Of a DNA stretch of 64,000 bases, positions 10,449 to 18,135 are shown one piece after another. The translations under genes were made by a program, and so were the position numbers. Positions within the stretch are counted from its first letter, which is position 1. Each line of letters begins with the position of its first letter. The notes beneath the pieces are model-generated. The model did no database searches and was not told where the DNA came from. It saw only the letters and a program-made list of their open reading frames with translations. This DNA comes from a virus: IMG/VR virus record IMGVR_UViG_3300018417_000005, positions 1 to 64,000 of that record; one strand, written 5' to 3'.

Positions 10449-11567
10449 GCGCAATAGGTGGCCCTAAAACAGTAACAAACGGATTGATATCCTCTGTTGA
10501 TTTTGGCAATCCAAAATCATTTAAAGGAGTTCCGACTAAAAATTATTGGACTACTGAGCGACCTAACTTCTCTAACTGGAACTCACAGGATGTAGTGACT
10601 GCAGATATATCCACAACTATTAGGCGTTTACACAGTACGTCTAATGTAGCATTTAGCGCAATACAATACACCGCCGCAAACTACAGTGCAGATGCTGATG
10701 CAAACATACAATTAAGTTATGCGCTCGATGTAAGAGGTCAAGGTTCTGCTGGTCTTACTATACATCAAGCTCAAACGTCGCCTAACCAGTCAGCAAATTT
10801 AGAATTAAGTTCGACTAAACTTGTGCTTAAGGAAAATGAATGGGTTAGATTACAGTTTGAGGGTTTTTATCACGCAAATACAACAACAGCACAAAACTGT
10901 CTTGTAACGCTAACAGCTGGCACAGGCAATTATGTAGAATGTAGAAACGCACAAGTAGAATTTAGTCCATACACTACACCTTATGTTTACGGTACCCGAT
11001 CTAATACACAGAGCTTATATGATCAAGTAACGAGCATACCTACTACAGTTAATTCAATAACAACATTGGCAGATAACAGAGTAGAATTTGACCAAACTAA
11101 TTATGTTTCGTTAGGAGACTTTTCTTCTATTACGTCAAAATTTAGCGCAGAATTTTGGTTAAACCCGTATTATCTAGATGTTGACGCAAACAACAACTAT
11201 CGTAGGGTTTTATTCAATACCGGCAATAGTAATTTTATTTTAATAGAACAAAGCGGTTCGATTAGTTTCCGTGTTCCTGGAATCGATGAGGTTAATTATA
11301 CGGCCGCAGGTGTAACTATAAACAACTGGTGGCATGTTGTGTGTGTTTATGATCAAGACAAGAGATATATTTATATTAACGGTGCGCTTAAAGGATCACA
11401 GACGATAGGTGCTGGTACAGTATCTTTAGCAACATTGCGATTGAACCAAACCGGAATACAAGGGTTTGAAGGCCAGATAGAGATCGCAAAAATATACAAT
11501 AGAGATTTAACAGCAGATGACGTATTACAAAATTTTGAAGCATATAAAGGACGGTTTGGATTATGAG
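10389..11567 (+). repeat. 61-bp direct repeat (10389-10449 and 11507-11567) at the 3' junctions of array genes 1 and 2
   Basis: ttaacagcagatgacgtattacaaaattttgaagca(c/t)ataaaggacggtttggattatgag, 60/61 identical. Confidence 0.9.
10445..11566 (+). CDS. LamG-like protein with inserted CBM-like domain, member 2 (long)
   Basis: LamG motifs (FSAEFWLNP, WWHVVCVYD..IYING) plus an insert with EWVRL and QVEFSPYTTPY; ends GRFGL. Confidence 0.85.
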   Translation: MSAIGGPKTVTNGLISSVDFGNPKSFKGVPTKNYWTTERPNFSNWNSQDVVTADISTTIRRLHSTSNVAFSAIQYTAANYSADADANIQLSYALDVRGQGSAGLTIHQAQTSPNQSANLELSSTKLVLKENEWVRLQFEGFYHANTTTAQNCLVTLTAGTGNYVECRNAQVEFSPYTTPYVYGTRSNTQSLYDQVTSIPTTVNSITTLADNRVEFDQTNYVSLGDFSSITSKFSAEFWLNPYYLDVDANNNYRRVLFNTGNSNFILIEQSGSISFRVPGIDEVNYTAAGVTINNWWHVVCVYDQDKRYIYINGALKGSQTIGAGTVSLATLRLNQTGIQGFEGQIEIAKIYNRDLTADDVLQNFEAYKGRFGL

Positions 11568-12282
11568 TTTAGGGCACGGAGCAACATCACTAATATACAA
11601 TTTATTATTCTGTGTAGATGCCGCAAATACAAAGAGTATATCCGCCAATACATTAGTTGATTTAGGATCAGTTAATACTGGAACAATGGGAGTTACTACA
11701 AATGTTGTGCGTAACATAGACAACGCAGGATATATTCAATTCTCAAACGAAGCGGCAGATAACGATAGCTTTTATCTTTCTAGAACAATTTCCGGATATC
11801 CGGAATTACATTTAGAAACAGATTTATCCATGGAAGCAGTATGGTATCAATCATCCACACTAGGTGACGACTTTTCTTTAATAGCAAGGTTTGGACAAAC
11901 AACTGATCAAATATATTCTCTGTTTGTTAGCCGCAGTGGTACAAATTTACAATGGAATGTGTTCACGGGCAGTTTTGTAGGGTATAACTCAAGCGCAGGC
12001 ACTAACGTATTAGATACATGGAATCACGCTATTGTTACTAGAAGCGGCACAACTTTATCGTTTTACCATAACGGTGAGTTTGACACGTCAACAACAGTGG
12101 CCATATCTACTGCTACCCCGGGGTCGCTAACTTTAGGAGCATCGTCTATAGATGGTGTAAACCAAGATTTAAATGGTGGTATCGCATTGTTTAAATTGTA
12201 TGATAAAGCATTAACAGCAGACGAGGTTAAACAAAATTATAACGCAGTTAAAGGAAGATTTGCTGGCATAGGTGGGGCTTAA
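11563..12282 (+). CDS. LamG-like protein, member 3 (short)
   Basis: WNHAIVTRSG..FYHNG, LYDKALT..EVKQNY..KGRFAG. Confidence 0.85.
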   Translation: MSLGHGATSLIYNLLFCVDAANTKSISANTLVDLGSVNTGTMGVTTNVVRNIDNAGYIQFSNEAADNDSFYLSRTISGYPELHLETDLSMEAVWYQSSTLGDDFSLIARFGQTTDQIYSLFVSRSGTNLQWNVFTGSFVGYNSSAGTNVLDTWNHAIVTRSGTTLSFYHNGEFDTSTTVAISTATPGSLTLGASSIDGVNQDLNGGIALFKLYDKALTADEVKQNYNAVKGRFAGIGGA

Positions 12283-12300
12283 GATAATTTAAAGGAAAGT

Positions 12301-13098
12301 TTATGAGTTTAAAACACGGGGGAAGCATAGTAAGAGATGGCTTATATCTTTATATAGATATGGCTAACCCTAAATCTATACCGGCAGACGAGATGGTTGA
12401 CAGCACACGGATTACAGATGCGGCTACTATAACTGACCTTGCTGGGAATTATAATTGTACAATGGGAACAGATGCTAATGGTATATGGGTCGCAGAGAAC
12501 AGCGGCATGTTTGATATAGATTATGTTTCGACTGCCAATGAAGTAAAACTACCATCGTCATTGGCAACAGACCACGCAGGGGATACTAATTTTACTCTAA
12601 GTTTTTGGGCTCAGCTAGATTCGGTTTCTGCGGACATTGATACTTTATACACAGGAAGCGGCGGAAACGCAAATCTATTTATTTACAGAACACCATCAAC
12701 AAGATGGGCATTTTTTCAATATGATGGCGCAGTAGAGCATATTTTTCTAAATAGTAGTCACGCGGAAACTGGTATTACTATCGGGGTACCATTTAACATA
12801 ACAGTCGTTGCTCCATATAACCCGCCAAATGAAGTAGGATTGTATGTAAACGGTAATTTTATATCTTCAACAACAGAAACAACGCCACAATTAGCCTTTA
12901 CTGCCGGACAGATGGGAATAGGGCAAGAGTATGATGGTGGTACTAAAGACGCTAATCAACGTTGGCATGGAAAGTTTGCTTCTCTAGCAATGTATAACCG
13001 TGCGTTATCAGCTACAGAAATAAAACAAAACTTCCTAGCAATGCGGGGAAGATTCGGATTATGAGTTTAAAACACGGAGGAAGCATAGTAAGAGATGG
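12301..13098 (+). repeat. 40-bp direct repeat (12301-12340 and 13059-13098) at the 5' ends of array genes 4 and 5
   Basis: ttatgagtttaaaacacgg(g/a)ggaagcatagtaagagatgg, 39/40 identical. Confidence 0.9.
12303..13064 (+). CDS. LamG-like protein, member 4 (short)
   Basis: FTLSFWA, LYVNG, YNRALSATEIKQNF..RGRFGL. Confidence 0.85.
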   Translation: MSLKHGGSIVRDGLYLYIDMANPKSIPADEMVDSTRITDAATITDLAGNYNCTMGTDANGIWVAENSGMFDIDYVSTANEVKLPSSLATDHAGDTNFTLSFWAQLDSVSADIDTLYTGSGGNANLFIYRTPSTRWAFFQYDGAVEHIFLNSSHAETGITIGVPFNITVVAPYNPPNEVGLYVNGNFISSTTETTPQLAFTAGQMGIGQEYDGGTKDANQRWHGKFASLAMYNRALSATEIKQNFLAMRGRFGL

Positions 13099-14185
13099 GC
13101 TAATATTTGGATACGATTTAGATAATGTAAAATCGTTTAAAGGCGCACCTGTAACTAATTTATTAACTGGTGCAGGTACTACTAATTTAGCTAATGGGGC
13201 AATATTAAGCGGATCGGCAACAAGGACCGATTTAGGTAACGGTTTTGTTAAATTTGAAGTAACAGCGCAGATAACATATAGAATGTATTGTAACCTAGCG
13301 ACATTAACTAACGGGCAAACATACGGATGTAGCGTAAAGTATAAAGATAACACTTGTACAACATTAGCGATGGATTGGTGTGACACCTCAGTAACAGGCG
13401 GAGTAAATACTCCCTCGGGAGATAATGGAATAATTTACGGGTCCGGAACAAGAGGTACGTACGATAGCACTTATAGATTCCTAGACATCAATATCGGTAT
13501 AGGTAGCGTGACATTGTACGAAGCACAAGTAGATTCAGTTTCAGTCCCAACACCATACGTTAACGGTACACGTTCTAACACTGCTTCTGTACTAGACCAA
13601 TTCGGTGATAGTACTATTACAGTAAACAGCATAACACCCGAGGTTAATAATAAAGTTTCTTTTGACGGCACAGATTACATAACTGTACCAAGCGCAAATT
13701 TGAAACCAACAATTACAATAACACAAGAATGCTGGTTTCGAAGCACAACGACTGGCACTTCGCAGGTTATGATAGGATTACAATACGGAACGTCTACTAG
13801 TAACTCTTATGCGCTATGGTGGACAAACACACAATGGGCAACTGGTATTAATGTTGGTGGAACATTCTATCAACTTACTAATAACACGCATCCACGCGCA
13901 ACTAATACATGGTATCATTTTGCTAGTACGTATGACGGCGCAAATATAAAAATGTACGTGGACGGCGAAGAGATAGATTCCGTAGCACGATCAGGCTTAA
14001 TAGGGTATGACGCAAGTAATACCCTTGTTACATTAGGGGCAGATTTTAACGGTGCAGGGTACAATTCGGGTGTGACAACACATATACAAGGAGAACTACC
14101 AGTAGTAAAAATTTACAACCGTGCGTTAACAGCTACAGAAATAAAACAAAATTTTCAAGCACTACGAAGTAGATTCGGGTTATGA
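13061..14185 (+). CDS. LamG-like protein with inserted domain, member 5 (long)
   Basis: ITQECWF, WYHFASTYDG..MYVDG, YNRALT..RSRFGL; insert follows KSFKGAPVTN. Confidence 0.85.
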   Translation: MSLKHGGSIVRDGLIFGYDLDNVKSFKGAPVTNLLTGAGTTNLANGAILSGSATRTDLGNGFVKFEVTAQITYRMYCNLATLTNGQTYGCSVKYKDNTCTTLAMDWCDTSVTGGVNTPSGDNGIIYGSGTRGTYDSTYRFLDINIGIGSVTLYEAQVDSVSVPTPYVNGTRSNTASVLDQFGDSTITVNSITPEVNNKVSFDGTDYITVPSANLKPTITITQECWFRSTTTGTSQVMIGLQYGTSTSNSYALWWTNTQWATGINVGGTFYQLTNNTHPRATNTWYHFASTYDGANIKMYVDGEEIDSVARSGLIGYDASNTLVTLGADFNGAGYNSGVTTHIQGELPVVKIYNRALTATEIKQNFQALRSRFGL

Positions 14186-14850
14186 GCACATCTTACGGGG
14201 CAGGTCTAGTCACTGACGGAATTGCATCATTAATTGACGCAAGTAATATTAAGAGTTATCCCGGAGCCGGCACATCCATAACAGACATGATCGGAACAGA
14301 AGATTATACTTTAACATCTGGGGCAGTGATTGCAACTGTTGACTCAGTGGAGTGTTTTGATGTTTCTGCTAGTGCTAGACGCTTAGTCGGGTCCAGTGCT
14401 GTAACTTTTGGAAGCGAGCACACGTTACAATGCTGGGCACGACCATTAAGCGATGCAACGGCGGTAACATGGCGAACACTATGGAGAACAGACCCAGAGG
14501 ACCACCCTATTCTCATACAAGACGGGACAAATGTAATTGGGTACTATGACAATAGCGCAAGTACTTTTCGAAGTTACGGATTAAACATCGGAACAATAGG
14601 TATGGAAAATAAATGGACAATGTTCACAGTGGTTGCTTCTGCTGGGACTAGCACATTATATATAAACGATAATCAATATTCCGGCTCTGTTGCGTACTCT
14701 GCTGACGGCGGGACGTTACTTACTATCGGTGGTTGGTCATCAAGCCAGCCATTCGGGTATATAGCAAATAACATTGCATATACAAGAGCATTATCAGTAG
14801 CCGAAATAAATCAAAACTTTCAAGCACTGCGAGGGAGATTCGGGTTATGA
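14182..14850 (+). CDS. LamG-like protein, member 6 (short)
   Basis: TLQCWARP, WTMFTVV..LYIND, YTRALS..RGRFGL. Confidence 0.85.
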   Translation: MSTSYGAGLVTDGIASLIDASNIKSYPGAGTSITDMIGTEDYTLTSGAVIATVDSVECFDVSASARRLVGSSAVTFGSEHTLQCWARPLSDATAVTWRTLWRTDPEDHPILIQDGTNVIGYYDNSASTFRSYGLNIGTIGMENKWTMFTVVASAGTSTLYINDNQYSGSVAYSADGGTLLTIGGWSSSQPFGYIANNIAYTRALSVAEINQNFQALRGRFGL

Positions 14851-15530
14851 GTATATCTTACGGTTCGACACCAATAAAAAACGGATTAGTGTTTTACGTA
14901 GACCCAGCAAACCCAAAAAGCTATATCGGTACTGGTACAGCTATCGATGATATATACGGAGGAACAGCAACAGGTGAAGTAGCAGGAGGAGCAACATTCA
15001 GTTCGGCAAATGCAGGGCACTTCCAATTTGTCACAGACGATTATTTGCGATTCCCTAATAACACTAATTTAGATACACAAACACTAACAATAGAAGTTTG
15101 GGTTAAACCGAACGTAGTAGGTTCGCATAACGGCTTTTACTTTGAGAAAGGTACAGTTAACACGCAGTATTCCATATTCCAAGGCGGCACTAGTTTAATA
15201 TTTCGAACGTTTTTAGGTGGCATTTCCGATTTAACGGTAACTACAGCAACTTATATGACAGCAGGCGAATGGTATCAAGTTGTAGGCACATACACCTCCG
15301 GTGATAAGCGGTTATATATTAACGGTACACAAGTTAATTCTAATGGTGTAACAGGAACAGTAAGCACGAACAGCGGTGGTATGTCCATGGGTGCATATGG
15401 TGGGTACAGTGGCTCTCGCAGTTATTATTTAAACGGTAATTTATCATTATGCCGAGTATATAACCGAGTACTTACACAAGAAGAAATACAGCATAATTTT
15501 ATAGTAAATAAAGGGAGATTTGGCTTATGA
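14847..15530 (+). CDS. LamG-like protein, member 7 (short)
   Basis: LTIEVWVKP, WYQVVGTY..LYING, YNRVLT..KGRFGL. Confidence 0.88.
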   Translation: MSISYGSTPIKNGLVFYVDPANPKSYIGTGTAIDDIYGGTATGEVAGGATFSSANAGHFQFVTDDYLRFPNNTNLDTQTLTIEVWVKPNVVGSHNGFYFEKGTVNTQYSIFQGGTSLIFRTFLGGISDLTVTTATYMTAGEWYQVVGTYTSGDKRLYINGTQVNSNGVTGTVSTNSGGMSMGAYGGYSGSRSYYLNGNLSLCRVYNRVLTQEEIQHNFIVNKGRFGL

Positions 15531-16915
15531 CAGCTTCAGTCGGACCAAGAATAGAAAAGGATGGCCTAGTATTTGCGTACGATGTTAATAATCAAAAAAG
15601 CAATAAAGGTAAACCGACTACTAATCTTATACAGCCGGTAAATGACGGTAACAACACAACTCACCCGAGCTATAGACCTTATTCTGGCTCCCCCCATTTC
15701 GGAGGTGGAACTGTAACCACAACAGAAGTACCGCCACCTCATCCCGGACTGACTGTATATAAACATACTGACGACGGCGTAGATTCTCAGACAGGTAGAC
15801 TATCAATTAGATATCTAATAACTCAAGGCCTGCTGAGTTACGACACGACTTACTGCCATTCTTACTATGTATGGTTGCCTAGTGAATATGCGGCTAGGTG
15901 GGGAAACGGACAAAGGGGCGGACTTTACCAAAACACTGCTGGTGGCGATTGGCATAGTTGGCGCGGATACAATGCTACTTATTCTAATTATGGTGCTGGC
16001 GGCATACAAGGCACTAGTTTAGTGGGTGGTTCGCCATCAGGACCATGGGGACAGATGTACGACAAAACTAAACTAGATCAATGGCAGAGAGTTTACGCAG
16101 TGTTTACACCGCTAACGGATAACATAAATGTTCCGGGTGAAGGCGATCTAGATAACAATATAAACGCAACAGGTTGGTACCGATATTTAGTTAGTAACGG
16201 TGTAAGCGGAGGTGACCCATTTCACATTTACACTAGTGGCGGTATGCTTGAAGAAGGAGTAACATCTCCTGCGCCATGGGCATACACTGAAAGAACTGTC
16301 GACGATGCTGTTACAGATTTAACCGGCACAACAACGGTTGATACGAATGCTACTTATGATTCAACTGGAACTGAACTTGAATTTGTAGCAGGTAATATTA
16401 ATAGGATGGTTGTTAATGGTAGTGTAGATTCTCTGTGCGCAAACCCGGATACATATTCGCTAGAATGTGTTTTTATGAAAACAGGAAATACAGACATTTA
16501 CACGCAAGGCATTATTTTCGGATGGCAAGGATATAACAACGGTATTATAATATCAGATACCAACCAAGTGTACTGCGGTGCCTGGTACGCAAACTCACCG
16601 TGGTCAGTCAGGAATACCGCGCTTACTGCGGTAAGTGAAAATCAATGGTATCACGCAGTTATGACATTTAACGCTAATGGAAATATAACATTCTATATAA
16701 ACGGGGAGTTTAGAGACGCAATTGATATTACAGCAAATACCGCGTCAAGTGGCAATAATTGGTACGGCCGCACGGCTAATATCACAGTAGGTGGCGGCGT
16801 AAGTACTTACCGGTTTACGGGCAAAGTACCTATCGCTAAAGTATATGAAAAAGAATTAACAGCCGCAGAAGTTAAGAAAAATTATAGCGCATACAGAAGA
16901 AGGTTCGGATTATGA
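15527..16915 (+). CDS. LamG-like protein with a large inserted domain, member 8 (long)
   Basis: YSLECVF, WYHAVMTF..FYING, ends RRFGL; insert contains DQWQRVY. Confidence 0.85.
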   Translation: MTASVGPRIEKDGLVFAYDVNNQKSNKGKPTTNLIQPVNDGNNTTHPSYRPYSGSPHFGGGTVTTTEVPPPHPGLTVYKHTDDGVDSQTGRLSIRYLITQGLLSYDTTYCHSYYVWLPSEYAARWGNGQRGGLYQNTAGGDWHSWRGYNATYSNYGAGGIQGTSLVGGSPSGPWGQMYDKTKLDQWQRVYAVFTPLTDNINVPGEGDLDNNINATGWYRYLVSNGVSGGDPFHIYTSGGMLEEGVTSPAPWAYTERTVDDAVTDLTGTTTVDTNATYDSTGTELEFVAGNINRMVVNGSVDSLCANPDTYSLECVFMKTGNTDIYTQGIIFGWQGYNNGIIISDTNQVYCGAWYANSPWSVRNTALTAVSENQWYHAVMTFNANGNITFYINGEFRDAIDITANTASSGNNWYGRTANITVGGGVSTYRFTGKVPIAKVYEKELTAAEVKKNYSAYRRRFGL

Positions 16916-18090
16916 CAGCATCAGTTGGCCCAAGAGCATTAAAAGACGGATTGATATTTGCTTACGATATAGCAAATACAGAAAAGTCATGGAAGGGAGC
17001 ACCTACTACTAACTATTTTACATCAGTGCCCCCAGCATACGACTTATGGAATAGTCCAGCTAACGCCACAGTAACAAATAGTGGTGTTGCAAGGGTACTA
17101 ACCGCCGGTGATGCTGGCACCACTTATATGCTAGAAGGCCTGGGTAATCCCGGCGGGTTATTAGATACAAATGTTGCCGTAAGCTATTCTGCTTATTTAC
17201 GGGGTTCCGGAACTGCTCGCATCCGAGCCGATCAATCAAACTCTACGCCCGGGCAAACCGCAAGCTCAAGAACAAGCGCACCGGTTACACTAGACCCAGT
17301 TATATGGCAACGCGCAAAAGTAGAAGGTTACTACCCACAATTAAATCCTACAGTACAAAATGTGCTTGTCTATATTACTTCCGGTAGTGAGTATGTAGAA
17401 GTAAAAGATGTACAATGGGAATACCAACCCTTTGCAACGCCAAGAACAGCATCATCTAGAACAACTACAAATAATGTAATTGATATGACAAACCGAAGTA
17501 CCGTAACTGTAGGTGCAAACTTTACTTATACTGCGGAAAATAAAATAAAATTTGAACCGGGAGAAACATCTGCCAATGGTTTATCGATACCGCTTGATAC
17601 TGCGTTTAATAAACAAGAAGGTACATTAGACATTTGGGCTAAAGCAGATACATTTAGCGGATCTAATGGGTTGTTTGTTAACAGGAACTCGGCTACTGCA
17701 AATGCATTAGATTGGCTATGGTTTGGATTTTGGAGTTCGGCTGGCTTCTTGTATCTTAGAATAGGCGATAGTGTAGCTTGTTGTGTACAGCAATTAGCAC
17801 CTAGTGCTCACGGCGTAGTCGCAGGGCAATATGCACACCTTGTTGCCACATGGAAGGCATCCGGTAACATGGTAATATATATTAATGGCGAACTGTTAGC
17901 TTCGCGTAGTACAGGAACAATCCCCGCAACAAACCCAGCGTCTACAGGATTAATTGGTATCGGACATGCTACCACTGGTTCCGGCGCATTTGATGGTGAA
18001 ATTGCCAAAGTAAATATTTACAATAGACAATTAACAGCCGCAGAAGTAAAGCAAAACTTTAAAGCGCATCGAGGAAGGTTCGGAATTTAG
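16912..18090 (+). CDS. LamG-like protein with inserted CBM-like domain, member 9 (long)
   Basis: GTLDIWAK, HLVATW..IYING, YNRQLT..RGRFGI; insert contains WQR and QWEYQPFATP. Confidence 0.85.
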   Translation: MTASVGPRALKDGLIFAYDIANTEKSWKGAPTTNYFTSVPPAYDLWNSPANATVTNSGVARVLTAGDAGTTYMLEGLGNPGGLLDTNVAVSYSAYLRGSGTARIRADQSNSTPGQTASSRTSAPVTLDPVIWQRAKVEGYYPQLNPTVQNVLVYITSGSEYVEVKDVQWEYQPFATPRTASSRTTTNNVIDMTNRSTVTVGANFTYTAENKIKFEPGETSANGLSIPLDTAFNKQEGTLDIWAKADTFSGSNGLFVNRNSATANALDWLWFGFWSSAGFLYLRIGDSVACCVQQLAPSAHGVVAGQYAHLVATWKASGNMVIYINGELLASRSTGTIPATNPASTGLIGIGHATTGSGAFDGEIAKVNIYNRQLTAAEVKQNFKAHRGRFGI

Positions 18091-18097
18091 ATAAATA
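18090..18097 (+). promoter_or_regulatory. Late promoter GATAAATA
   Basis: Overlaps the stop of the last array gene; upstream of 18136. Confidence 0.7.
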
Positions 18098-18135
18098 TAG
18101 TAAACTGGGGGACAGTGAACCCGGCGGAGATCTAG

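Noticed and set aside
10445-16915. Programmed frameshifting at the ATGA junctions fusing array members into one polyprotein
   Set aside because: No consistent slippery heptamer or downstream structure was seen; ordinary translational coupling explains the overlap.
9738-18090. Diversity-generating retroelement or shufflon acting on the lectin array
   Set aside because: There is no reverse transcriptase, no template/variable repeat pair differing at adenines, no invertase and no inverted cassette; all members are in direct orientation.
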